From assembly GCA_964458565.1 (NCBI GenBank), contig CAYWJO010000009.1, positions 1 through 64,000 on the forward strand: a stretch of DNA of 64,000 bases, in the 5' to 3' direction. The DNA comes from an uncultured archaeon. Lineage in GTDB: Archaea > Asgardarchaeota > Thorarchaeia > Thorarchaeales > Thorarchaeaceae. Within the stretch, counting starts at the first letter, position 1. Every line of letters begins with the position of its first letter. Position numbers and translations under genes: made by a program. The notes under the pieces are model-generated. The model made no database searches. It was given only the letters and a program-made list of their open reading frames with translations, and had not been told where the DNA came from. Shown here piece by piece: positions 1-9,353 of the stretch.

Positions 1-120
1 TTTCGGAGTTCTGACTCCACGCTTCTCATCTGTTTGAAAGTCCATTCCCTTTCAGGATGACCTATGAATACATATTACCATTAGGATATTTGATGATAGG
101 TAACAGAAACCAACGGATGC

Positions 121-480
121 GTACTAGGATTCGGCATTTACGAAATAGAAAATTAGTTGTATTCAAAAATAGAAGTAATGAGTCGAGTGAAACCAATGAG
201 TGATAAGACCTACAGAGATACTCAAGGGTATTTGCGATTCAAGAATTCTGGAAAACTAGTCCATCGATGGGCAGCAGAGAAGAAGATGGGTCGCAAACTT
301 GCTAGGGGTGAAGTGGTTCATCACAGAAATAAAATCAAGACTGACAATCGGAAATCAAACCTTGAAGTTCTTAGCTCTCGACTCGAACATCGTGCAAAAC
401 ATGCAAAGAGATTGTGGGAGCAAAGCCGACGACCACGAAGTCTGAAAGGACATTAGATGTGTTCAAGCTGGTACTAGGAT
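121..480. repeat. 10-bp direct repeat GTACTAGGAT (121-130 and 471-480) flanking the HNH gene
   Basis: Exact match read at both positions; adjacent bases differ. Confidence 0.7.
157..456 (+). CDS. Free-standing HNH endonuclease (HNH_3-like); likely start ATG 178 or 196
   Basis: GY...VHRWAAE...GR...EVVHHRNKIKTDNRKSNLEV..H motif typical of phage/homing HNH nucleases. Confidence 0.85.
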   Translation: MYSKIEVMSRVKPMSDKTYRDTQGYLRFKNSGKLVHRWAAEKKMGRKLARGEVVHHRNKIKTDNRKSNLEVLSSRLEHRAKHAKRLWEQSRRPRSLKGH

Positions 481-493
481 GCTCAAAATAATA

Positions 494-2266
494 CTAATGA
501 AGTTCTTTCTCACATCCACTCACCATCATGTTCACAATTTTCGACCTAATCTCTTCATCACCAACAAGGCCTGTGAGTCTTTCCTCACAAATGTCGATAG
601 TTGGTAACCCTGGTAACTCATCTTCTGACACCCCTGAATCAGGATCATCAACGTGAATCAATTTGACGTGATGCTCTGTCATACCAAATTCTTCGAGGAC
701 ATCCATGAGTGTATCATAGACTGGTCCGCAAAACACACAATGTCCCGCCTTGTAGAATGTGATGCATGTATCTCTTCCACAGGGAAGAATCATACCTTCT
801 TGCCAGAGTGGAAGAACGACTACAAACTTTGCACCTTTGTTGAACTCTCCCTTGACTCTATCTTCAACCCAAATTCTTCCTCCAAGGTCTCTCACAACTT
901 TGTCAACAAGAGTTAAGCCTAGTCCTTTAGTGAATGCCCTTTTCCCATCACTTCCCGTTCTTCTAAAGATCTGCTCTTTGATATTATCCGGAATACCCGG
1001 GCCTCTATCGATGAATTCTATTCTGACCTCTCGACCATAATCTTCCTTTGTTGCATTCACTTCCATTTCAATGAGATTTTCTTCATCATGTAGTAGTGCA
1101 TTGTGAATTATGTTAAAGAATACAATCCAAAGGAATTGATGTCCTTGGACTTCAAATGCATCATCCTCAATATTTGCGCTAATGTTCAGTTTTTTCCACG
1201 GAAAATCTCTCGCAGCTTCTGTGCTCGCTCTCTTGAAATGTGGATAAATATCGGTTTTAACAGGTCTCGGGGGACTATTCTCCAATGTAATCAGCGTTCT
1301 GACATTGGCTATCATTCTTGCCGCTCTTTTAGTAGTAAGGGCTGATTCATTGACTACGGTTTGAATTTCCTCATTGAGTTGTGCCATGGTTCCTACTAGT
1401 TCTAGGGTATAAGCGGTGTTCTGATTGAATGTGTGCAGGTCTGTTGTCATTACTTCAAGATATAGATCTGCTCTCTCTTTTGCTCTATTCTCTCTATCTT
1501 CAGCGATTTTTCTTCTATGAACATCCAGTGCCATGAAGCCAATTTCTATTGGACGATCTCTATCCATTGCTAACGGACTTGCAGTTACATTGACCCAAAT
1601 TCTACGGCCATCCATTTGGACCATCTCGATTTCAACACCACGAATCACTTTTCCCTTCAGAGCTTCTCTTACTACTTGCTCTCCCGGATTATCTTCCTCA
1701 TCAGGCATGAAACTACTAATGTGCATCTTTACCATTTGGCCTTCTGTATATCCCAACAATTTTTCCGCTGCACTATTCACATCTTTGATGATTCCATCAG
1801 CATCTAGTGTAAAATATGCGATTGGTGAAGTTTCGTGTAACGCCTCAAATCTCGTTTCTGATTCAGACACTTGAGCTTCTAATGTCATGCTTTCCGTTAA
1901 ATCTCGAATTATCGCTACTACAGCTGGATAACCCTCATACTCAAAATCATTGGAACCCACTTCAACATTAATTATTTCACGATTTTTCTTCAGAAATCTT
2001 GTATGAAAATTCGCGCGTCCGGGTTTTTCAGCATTGAATATATCAAATTTCTCTGGACTAAACCTTTTCTCAAGAGGATCTATGATATCTTCAATAATCA
2101 TCCCGTTGAGTTCATCAGGTTCATATCCCAGCATTGTTGTTAAAGCTTGATTTGCATAGACTATTTCCTCATCTTGGATTACTAAAATCCCATCTTTTGC
2201 CATCTCGAGTATTCCACCAAGAAGCTCGTCACTTGTCGTGAGGAAATCAGGTTTCTTACTAGTCAT
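494..2266 (-). CDS. PAS-PAS sensor histidine kinase-like protein with C-terminal thioredoxin-like domain
   Basis: Two PAS repeats; HATPase N/G1/G2 boxes (NIIHNA, DRGPGI, GLGL); C-terminal CVFC...LPTI. Confidence 0.88.
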   Translation of the reverse strand: MTSKKPDFLTTSDELLGGILEMAKDGILVIQDEEIVYANQALTTMLGYEPDELNGMIIEDIIDPLEKRFSPEKFDIFNAEKPGRANFHTRFLKKNREIINVEVGSNDFEYEGYPAVVAIIRDLTESMTLEAQVSESETRFEALHETSPIAYFTLDADGIIKDVNSAAEKLLGYTEGQMVKMHISSFMPDEEDNPGEQVVREALKGKVIRGVEIEMVQMDGRRIWVNVTASPLAMDRDRPIEIGFMALDVHRRKIAEDRENRAKERADLYLEVMTTDLHTFNQNTAYTLELVGTMAQLNEEIQTVVNESALTTKRAARMIANVRTLITLENSPPRPVKTDIYPHFKRASTEAARDFPWKKLNISANIEDDAFEVQGHQFLWIVFFNIIHNALLHDEENLIEMEVNATKEDYGREVRIEFIDRGPGIPDNIKEQIFRRTGSDGKRAFTKGLGLTLVDKVVRDLGGRIWVEDRVKGEFNKGAKFVVVLPLWQEGMILPCGRDTCITFYKAGHCVFCGPVYDTLMDVLEEFGMTEHHVKLIHVDDPDSGVSEDELPGLPTIDICEERLTGLVGDEEIRSKIVNMMVSGCEKELH

Positions 2267-2348
2267 TTTTGACGCCTAACCATATGGTTGCAGAATTGTT
2301 GCTGTGTTTATCCTTATTCAACCTTTCATGTATCTGTTCAGAGCAGCA

Positions 2349-3194
2349 TTATTGGAATTTTGCTAATAGAATTACTCCTACTATACCCGTTAGCAAACCT
2401 ATACTATAAATTGGTAGATTTTGGATTATCTGTCCAAATATCAATATTCCACCAAGAACTGTAGCAAACATATTCACTGTTCCATTAATAGCGTTGAATC
2501 TTGCCGCTGGATTCTTTTGGAGTCCAATCGATACTGTGTATACTGCTGAGATTATCATAAAGAACCCCATGAACAGAAGCGGAATTACTCCTGCTTTGAA
2601 CCCATTGATTAATCCATCTGCTGCAAAGAGAACTAGAATAAACCATTGCGTGAATTGAGCAGCCAATGATTGGAGTAATGCAGAGATTGGAGACCACAAA
2701 ATTGGGACGCGTGTTGTAGCAACAAGCATAACCGCAGTAGCGGCCAATACTACTATCGAATAGATGATTAGACTGTCGTATACCACAAACATAACTGGTT
2801 CAGTAACATCTCCAAAAGCTATGAATACAGGAGTTAGAATCATCATGGAAATACCAATGATCGCAGGTTTGTCCATATTTTCATCAAGCCTGCGATAAGC
2901 AAGAAAGGCTAGGACCACCAATCCAACATTGATTAGTGGTTGAACTACTGCAATACCAGCTACTTGAATTGCTAGCATATACGCTACCCCCCCAATCAAG
3001 CCAAGAATCAGTCCAAAACACCATTTCTCGTCTGTGAATAATCCCTTAGTCGATTTCCAGAAACTCTTTGCTTCAATCGCTTCCATTTCTGCAAGAGCTT
3101 CCTTTTGGAGTAATGGGGCTATATTCCAGAAAAGGGATGCAGTTAGAGCTAAAATGATACCGATTAGACCAGCTGTTAGAATGATTTGTAGCAT
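2349..3194 (-). CDS. DMT/EamA-like multi-pass membrane protein
   Basis: About 9 hydrophobic segments; LQK and VVQPL motifs. Confidence 0.65.
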   Translation of the reverse strand: MLQIILTAGLIGIILALTASLFWNIAPLLQKEALAEMEAIEAKSFWKSTKGLFTDEKWCFGLILGLIGGVAYMLAIQVAGIAVVQPLINVGLVVLAFLAYRRLDENMDKPAIIGISMMILTPVFIAFGDVTEPVMFVVYDSLIIYSIVVLAATAVMLVATTRVPILWSPISALLQSLAAQFTQWFILVLFAADGLINGFKAGVIPLLFMGFFMIISAVYTVSIGLQKNPAARFNAINGTVNMFATVLGGILIFGQIIQNLPIYSIGLLTGIVGVILLAKFQ

Positions 3195-3300
3195 TGTTGG
3201 TCAAATACTGACAAAATATCCCCCTAATAGGTATGACGTCCAAAATATCCCATTTGCAAAAGGATATACTCTTTCATACTGACTGAAATTGGGGAATAGA

Positions 3301-3552
3301 ATGCTGGTTGCTTATGCGGCTATTAGTCTGGTGATAGTAACAACAATTGTTGCTTTAGCAGATAGACACATTCAGGATAATCGGAGACCAAGGTATTTTC
3401 AAACTTCATCCAACAATGCAGGTCGACGTAAGAATCCTTGGGAGCTTACTCAGCTTGATTGTGATTATGGTTGTGCCTGGCCACATACTTCAGGACCTGG
3501 TAGAACCCTTATTCTTAAAGACGAATTCAGACGACAGAAATCATCTGATTAG
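3301..3552 (+). CDS. Small hypothetical protein with N-terminal TM helix
   Basis: Hydrophobic N-terminus; ends 10 nt before the dehydrogenase ATG. Confidence 0.45.
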   Translation: MLVAYAAISLVIVTTIVALADRHIQDNRRPRYFQTSSNNAGRRKNPWELTQLDCDYGCAWPHTSGPGRTLILKDEFRRQKSSD

Positions 3553-3562
3553 GGGTAGAATA

Positions 3563-4603
3563 ATGAAAGCAACGGTTTTCCACGAACATGGTTCAAGTGA
3601 CGTATTATTGTATGAGGATATTCCAGATCCAGAGCCATCTGTAGGACAAGTTCTCATAGAGATCAAGGCTGTAGCATTAAATCATCTTGATCTATTTGTC
3701 AGGACCGGTTGGCCTGGTCTCCAGCTCGAGATGCCTCATATTTTGGGTAGTGATATTTCGGGTATTGTGAAATCTGTTACACCTAAGAACCCAAACAATC
3801 TGGAAGAAGGACAACATGTTGTTCTTAATCCAAGTATATATTGCAATAAGTGTGAATATTGTATTCGTGGTCAGCATTCACTCTGCGATCAGTACAAAAT
3901 TCTAGGTGAACATGTACGCGGTGGATATGCTGAATATATCGCCATTGAATCTGACAAGGTTATACCGGTGCCTGAAAGAGCACATCTTACGTTTACAGAA
4001 TCTGCAGCTGTTCCACTGACTTTTATGACTGCTTGGCGATTGTTAGTAACGAAGGGTAATTTGAAACCTGGTGATGATGTGCTGATAATTGGAATCGGTG
4101 GGGGTGTTGCCCTGGCGGCTTTACAAATAGCTCGAAATGCAGGTGCACGTGTATTTGTTACCTCATCATCTGATGAGAAATTAAAGAAAGCGGAAGAATT
4201 GGGAGCTCATCATGGAATCAATTATGTATCTACTCCTGATTACCACAAAGAAATCTATGCACAGACCAATCGCAGAGGAGTGGACATTGTATTAGACTCA
4301 GTTGGTCAGGCCACATGGGAAAAAAGCCTTCGAAGTCTAAGGAAAGGAGGGAAACTTGTTACTCCCGGTGCTACCTCTGGCCCAATAGCAAATACAAACG
4401 TAAATCTTCTATTCTGGAAACAACTTGAGATTCTCGGCTCAACGATGGCTAGTACTTCGGAACTGTACGATGTTCTCAAACTGGTTTGGAACGGGAATGT
4501 TCGTCCTATTGTTGACAGAGAATTTCCACTGAGTGAAGCTGGACGTGCTCATGACATCCTAGAGGCAGGACAACAATTTGGAAAAATCGTCCTAAAGCCT
4601 TAG
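3563..4603 (+). CDS. Zinc-binding alcohol dehydrogenase / quinone oxidoreductase (MDR family)
   Basis: MKATVFHEHG start, ALNHLD, CxxCxxC...C structural Zn site, GIGGGVA nucleotide motif; true start taken as 3563. Confidence 0.9.
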   Translation: MKATVFHEHGSSDVLLYEDIPDPEPSVGQVLIEIKAVALNHLDLFVRTGWPGLQLEMPHILGSDISGIVKSVTPKNPNNLEEGQHVVLNPSIYCNKCEYCIRGQHSLCDQYKILGEHVRGGYAEYIAIESDKVIPVPERAHLTFTESAAVPLTFMTAWRLLVTKGNLKPGDDVLIIGIGGGVALAALQIARNAGARVFVTSSSDEKLKKAEELGAHHGINYVSTPDYHKEIYAQTNRRGVDIVLDSVGQATWEKSLRSLRKGGKLVTPGATSGPIANTNVNLLFWKQLEILGSTMASTSELYDVLKLVWNGNVRPIVDREFPLSEAGRAHDILEAGQQFGKIVLKP

Positions 4604-4607
4604 TAAA

Positions 4608-5087
4608 TCAGTATCCTCTAGCTGAAGATCGCCAAACAATGAATTTCGCACATGGCTCACTGCGACTACATCCATAGTACGTGTAGTCATTGCATTCGAT
4701 ACAGGGTGATGGTTTATCAATCGCCACTCGAATGTTATCATCACCTTTACTTTTCGTTACTTCCTTCATGATATCGAATCGTTGACGATATCTACCTAGA
4801 GTTTGCAATGCTTCTTCAGCTTCAGAGGTTCTTCCTGTTTCCTCAAATAGAAGAGCCAGTTCAATAATAAAATGCGGAGGGGCTGAATTAATTTCTATAG
4901 CTTTTCGTAGAGCTCGTTCTGACTCATCGTATCTTTTCTGACGCCGTAGATGTGAGCCAAGATAGAACCATCCCTGAGCATCACGTGGAAACGTTGTAAT
5001 TCTTCTACGTAAGTCGTCCTCATAGACTGTCAAATATGTTCCAGATGATGTGTGTTCTCTTATCTGGTTGGATTCATTTCTCAGCAT
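4608..5087 (-). CDS. TPR protein with C-terminal Cys4 motif
   Basis: WFYLG..L...ALRKAIEIN TPR; C-terminal PCIEC-x7-C-x5-C; GGGAGG RBS. Confidence 0.75.
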   Translation of the reverse strand: MLRNESNQIREHTSSGTYLTVYEDDLRRRITTFPRDAQGWFYLGSHLRRQKRYDESERALRKAIEINSAPPHFIIELALLFEETGRTSEAEEALQTLGRYRQRFDIMKEVTKSKGDDNIRVAIDKPSPCIECNDYTYYGCSRSEPCAKFIVWRSSARGY

Positions 5088-5091
5088 TAAG

Positions 5092-5108
5092 TGTCCTCCC
5101 GGCGGACA
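5092..5108 (-). promoter_or_regulatory. Hairpin TGTCC-GCCGGGA-GGACA overlapping the RBS of the TPR gene
   Basis: 5-bp stem includes part of GGGAGG, 4 nt upstream of the ATG. Confidence 0.45.
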
Positions 5109-5210
5109 GCATCCAGTACTCTGACCTTACGAAGAAACTAATATACTATATGGAAATTTCTAGAAATGCTTCACATGTACGATTTATCGAAGACTAATGG
5201 CGCCATGTGT

Positions 5211-5939
5211 CTATTCGATTTCTAAATAGATCCTCTTGTTTATTGCTCCTTTGCTTTTATAGTCCACAAGTCTAATTTGACCAACATCTGCAGTTGAGTT
5301 CACATGTGTTCCTCCATCAGCCTGCATATCTAAGCCAATGATTTCTACAATTCTTATCTCACTAACTGCTTCCGGAATTAAATTGACTTTCGTCCTAATG
5401 AGATCAGGAATTCGTAGTGCCTCCTCTCGAGGTAGAATCTTTGTCGTAATTTTTCTATCCGCTTCAACTTCTTGATTACACTTCGACTCTATCTCAGTTA
5501 TCATCTCTTTGGAGAGATTCTCAAATTCGAAGTCCATTCTCCCCTTTCCTGGATCCATATTTCCCCCTGTTACACTGACATGGTGATCTCTCCAAATAAC
5601 TCCGCATAGAATGTGCATGGCTGTATGTGTTCGCATGATCCTATGTCTTCTCTCCCAATCAAGCACACCTCTGATATCTGAACCAGGTACAATCTTTGGC
5701 TCTAATTCTTCAATCACGTGCTTTATCTCAACCCCCTCTCTTCTCATTTTCATTAGAGCATATTTCTTGTCATTCCAATAGATTACCCCTGTATCAAAAG
5801 GTTGACCTCCTCCTCCTGGATAGAATGCAGTCCTGTCAAGCGTAATTGCCCTCTCTTCTGGGAAAACGGAAGTTACTCTAGCAATGAACTCTCTGATATA
5901 TGGGTCGTTATAATAGATTAGTTCAGTCATCTCTCTCAT
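5211..5939 (-). CDS. alaX: Alanyl-tRNA editing protein AlaX-M
   Basis: LDRTAFYPGGGGQPFD, HTAMH, DGGTHV. Confidence 0.92.
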   Translation of the reverse strand: MREMTELIYYNDPYIREFIARVTSVFPEERAITLDRTAFYPGGGGQPFDTGVIYWNDKKYALMKMRREGVEIKHVIEELEPKIVPGSDIRGVLDWERRHRIMRTHTAMHILCGVIWRDHHVSVTGGNMDPGKGRMDFEFENLSKEMITEIESKCNQEVEADRKITTKILPREEALRIPDLIRTKVNLIPEAVSEIRIVEIIGLDMQADGGTHVNSTADVGQIRLVDYKSKGAINKRIYLEIE

Positions 5940-5940
5940 C

Positions 5941-7155
5941 TCAAAATTCTCTGAACTTGAATGAAAAGAATTCTCTTATTTCATCAGAATGATCTCCCAT
6001 CAACAATACATGATGATTAGCCAAAGAATCATCCAGGAAATATTCCACAGGTTCAGATAGTTTCACTTTAACCTGTGTTCTACATCCGCACTCATTATAT
6101 TGATTCTCTACAATTACCCCGGATGATACCCAATAGTCACTCAAGTCTTTTCCAAATACTTTGAACACAGTGACAGGTTGTTCATCGAATATACCCTTCA
6201 CAGCTACTCCTTGGCCAGTTTCAAAGTGAGTAGTAATATCATAATTTGCGAGAATTTCAGTTGGAGATGTACAATGTGCTAGAACAACTGTGTTAGCCTG
6301 TTTATCCAATTCAACAACATTGGCCATGAATGCTGGCTCTTGGGTGAGTAATTTTGTGATTAATAGAGTAAATGTTGAAGGAATATCTCCCTCACATCCT
6401 GCAACTATATCATCAATGTCATTCAGTTGTGATAATGCTAAGCAACCTGTGACTTCAGTCTGTTCAAATAATGCGAAACACTGGACTGTGATTGCATCGA
6501 GATCATTAGAATTAACCACATCTAGGAGTGCCTGCGTAACATGACCAGCACTAACAATATCTGCTTCTTGAACATACATATCATTCGCTGATGCAATGAA
6601 TCGATCAATGTCAGATCGCGATTTCTCAGTAAGTTGTGATTTCATATTGCTAATGAGATCCTTCAATTGGTACTTTTCAATAATGACTCCCCATTCATTT
6701 CTGACAAGGTCTCGATCAATGTGTGATGCTATTAACCAAGATGAGGGTTCTCCTACAATTCCGATTTTTGATTTACTCAATTTTCCAAGTATATTCGCAA
6801 ATTTAGTCCAATCCCTAATTCGTGATGTTAAATCTGATAATGGTGCATGCATCACTCTAGCAGGTATTCCTTGGCTCTGAAGATAGGTTCTTGTTTCCAT
6901 TGCTGCTGGAAGTGAATTGCTGGATTCATGTGCCAAGAGTGTAATTGTATCTGAGATAGTTCGATCTTTTAGAAATTTGGCGATTTTTTCTTCGGTACCT
7001 CCAGAGCCCACAAAGAAATAGCAATGAGATATTTCATCGTCATAATTATCTGGACTAATGATATTCGCGCCAGATTGTTTCAATGTTTCAATCAGATCGA
7101 TGATCCTTTCCTGTGGGGTGATTTCGGAGAAGAATGTGATGACATTGACCGACAT
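5941..7155 (-). CDS. L-fucose/L-arabinose isomerase-like protein
   Basis: GCEGD, AHCT, THFETGQGVAV, CRTQ, NHH motifs. Confidence 0.7.
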   Translation of the reverse strand: MSVNVITFFSEITPQERIIDLIETLKQSGANIISPDNYDDEISHCYFFVGSGGTEEKIAKFLKDRTISDTITLLAHESSNSLPAAMETRTYLQSQGIPARVMHAPLSDLTSRIRDWTKFANILGKLSKSKIGIVGEPSSWLIASHIDRDLVRNEWGVIIEKYQLKDLISNMKSQLTEKSRSDIDRFIASANDMYVQEADIVSAGHVTQALLDVVNSNDLDAITVQCFALFEQTEVTGCLALSQLNDIDDIVAGCEGDIPSTFTLLITKLLTQEPAFMANVVELDKQANTVVLAHCTSPTEILANYDITTHFETGQGVAVKGIFDEQPVTVFKVFGKDLSDYWVSSGVIVENQYNECGCRTQVKVKLSEPVEYFLDDSLANHHVLLMGDHSDEIREFFSFKFREF

Positions 7156-7247
7156 ATTGAAGCCCCTGAAGTACTGACCATAGGGATGTACTCGGATTCA
7201 CCAAAAATGGTCTTCTTAAATGAGTTTTCAATTATGATATGATAATT

Positions 7248-7820
7248 CTATGTTTGAGTTTCAGTGCCTTTCTTCGCAAGGCACGAATCTAGCAGACGCT
7301 CTTGTTTTGATTCAGAGAAGCATTTTGTATAGCAATCCCATAAGGTCTGATTGTTGGGCGAATTTACCATCAATAAAGTTAGAGTGTCCATTGCTTGATT
7401 TATTGCACCTCTGGCAAGCTGAAGAAGTAATAGCTCGTATAGGGTATCCGAGTTATCTGGATGAAGCTCATGTGACATTCGTAAGGCTAGTTCTGCTTCC
7501 CTAAGTCTTCCAATCCTAATTAGAATATCTCCCCACAATCTCCAAGTCCATGGATTAGATGTGTCAATATCTAGAGATTCTTTTATGGCATCTTCTGCTT
7601 CCTCTAACCTTTCCAGAGTAAGAAATACAAGAGCCAGCGCATTCCACATTATAGGGTTTTTTGGATCAAGCATCAGAGATCTTAAGCTAGAAAGTTCTGA
7701 AACGTCTTCGAGTTTTCTCACTTCTTCTAACTTGTCAGACATCTTTTGGTTATACGCCTGAATTAGAACTTCCTTGTAATGTTGGAGAAGCAATGCATCT
7801 TTATCCCCACTACTCGCCAT
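7248..7820 (-). CDS. TPR repeat protein
   Basis: DPKNPIMWNALA, NPWTWRLWG, HPDN, SPNN repeat spacing. Confidence 0.8.
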   Translation of the reverse strand: MASSGDKDALLLQHYKEVLIQAYNQKMSDKLEEVRKLEDVSELSSLRSLMLDPKNPIMWNALALVFLTLERLEEAEDAIKESLDIDTSNPWTWRLWGDILIRIGRLREAELALRMSHELHPDNSDTLYELLLLQLARGAINQAMDTLTLLMVNSPNNQTLWDCYTKCFSESKQERLLDSCLAKKGTETQT

Positions 7821-7842
7821 GATTCCACCATCAGTTGCTCAT

Positions 7843-7968
7843 TTATGGTCCATCATACCTTACCTTGAGCCATTCATATCTAAGAAGGGATTCACCTGTG
7901 TCGTCCCATTCAGGCAGCTCAACGGCTTGGTCCTCCGTTTTTGCTACCTTTCTTGATTCAGTCGACAT
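7843..7968 (-). CDS. Small 41-aa ORF (MSTESRKVAKTEDQAVELPEWDDTGESLLRYEWLKVRYDGP), not in ORF track
   Basis: AGGAG RBS upstream; ends 22 nt before the TPR start. Confidence 0.55.
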   Translation of the reverse strand: MSTESRKVAKTEDQAVELPEWDDTGESLLRYEWLKVRYDGP

Positions 7969-8018
7969 TTTTCTTTGCACTCCTTGACATCACTGGTGTG
8001 ACTGTCTAAGATAATTAG

Positions 8019-8042
8019 TAGAGTCTAGGCCTTAGAGTCTAG
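8019..8042. promoter_or_regulatory. Tandem TAGAGTCTAG quasi-palindromes (8019-8028, 8033-8042), possible operator
   Basis: Exact 10-bp direct repeat with 14-bp period upstream of the small ORF/TPR unit. Confidence 0.35.
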
Positions 8043-8274
8043 CTCAAGACCAAGTTGAGTTTTTTAAACAATAATTTCTATAAATAGAACTAATATAGCA
8101 TCTCCCAATAACTTCTGAGCATTTATAATACTTTATTTAATTCCTTATGGCTATATCGGGTTAATTTCGATTCTAATTTAAGCCAAGAATCAAAGCTCAA
8201 TCGTTATTATCTCTTACAAATTCATCGTTCGGAATTGATAGGAAAAAATGAATATCTTAAATGTTGATAGTTTG

Positions 8275-8440
8275 AAAAGGTAGGCGGGAGTTGATCCCCG
8301 CCTGTATAACGAAGGTATCTTGCTCTTTGCGTATCCATGTTTCTCCGTTCAAGATATCCAAAGGTCGCCACATTGAGGAGGACACACCACACAGGCGATT
8401 ATCGTAATGCTACATTCCGAGGAATGTACCTCTTGTACAG
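8275..8440 (-). ncRNA. Candidate structured sRNA with anti-SD CCUCCUC loop
   Basis: TATA-like 8451-8474; stems TACATTCC/GGAATGTA, TCGCC/GGCGA and AGGCGGG/CCCGCCT followed by ACCTTTTC; strand inferred. Confidence 0.4.
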
Positions 8441-8600
8441 AGACACACGGTATATAATATGGTAATTATATATAGTAAAGGAATATCGTTCTCCGCAAAA
8501 TTCTGCTTGGATTGATTTATAGCGGTATAGCAATTTGATGTTAGAAATTTTATAAGCACTCCTGATGAAAAGATAACCCAGGGTTCAGGAGTAATACGCA

Positions 8601-9305
8601 ATGATCTCAGATGCACAAACCTCAGAGAAGACAAAAACTAGAGACATTCCCCCGTGGTTGGGACGAATTGGTTGGTATTTCGTCCATGGCTTTCTATATT
8701 CGCTTTTGACATCATTTCTTGGTGTCTTTGTATTCATAATTTTGTTTCCTATTGGAATAGCTTTCGCTGTCATAGGATTAATTCTTATCATTATCGTCCT
8801 ATTCCTTGTTGTCGGATGGGTTAACAAAACACTCTCAAGATTGCTATGGGATATTCACTGCAGTGGGTCTTTCAGGAGTATCTTTGGTCATGGGGTGATG
8901 CTTGTCATAGTCCTTTTTCTTTTCTTTATCCCTATTGCAGCTTATCAAACCGTTTTCCAAGAATCAGTAAGTGATCCAATTGTTTGGCTTGCTGTCCAAA
9001 TAGTTGCTATCATTCCATATTCTATAATCTATGGGTTTTTGGGACGGATTGTAGCTGAGCAATTCTTGGACTCAAAACAGTATATCGGTGGAAGTATGCG
9101 CCATCGTCGCGGATCAACTCTGGTTGACTTTGGTACTGTTGAACCAACACCCGTACAAGGTACATGTCCTCATTGCTCTCAGAAACATTGGTATGATGAG
9201 TCAGGGCTTTCGCAAGATCGATCAATTACTTGCAAGAATTGTGGTGAACGATATATCATTCCATTGGCTGATGGTCCTTCAGAGGATGATGGAGTGATAA
9301 GCTAG
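8601..9305 (+). CDS. Membrane protein (about 4 TM) with C-terminal zinc ribbon
   Basis: Hydrophobic segments; CPHC...CKNC. Confidence 0.75.
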   Translation: MISDAQTSEKTKTRDIPPWLGRIGWYFVHGFLYSLLTSFLGVFVFIILFPIGIAFAVIGLILIIIVLFLVVGWVNKTLSRLLWDIHCSGSFRSIFGHGVMLVIVLFLFFIPIAAYQTVFQESVSDPIVWLAVQIVAIIPYSIIYGFLGRIVAEQFLDSKQYIGGSMRHRRGSTLVDFGTVEPTPVQGTCPHCSQKHWYDESGLSQDRSITCKNCGERYIIPLADGPSEDDGVIS

Positions 9306-9325
9306 AAGTCAGAGAAATAGTGAGT

Positions 9326-9346
9326 GAAGGTGGTAACACCACCTTC
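9326..9346 (-). terminator. Hairpin terminator after metG
   Basis: GAAGGTGGT/ACCACCTTC 9-bp stem between convergent genes, pyrimidine tail on minus strand. Confidence 0.6.
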
Positions 9347-9353
9347 TTCTATT

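Noticed and set aside
1-120. Partial minus-strand CDS at the window start
   Set aside because: Short open frames exist but there is no convincing start or motif.
3416-3562. N-terminal extension of the dehydrogenase
   Set aside because: Overlaps ORF 3301..3552; the family-typical MKA start with RBS is at 3563.
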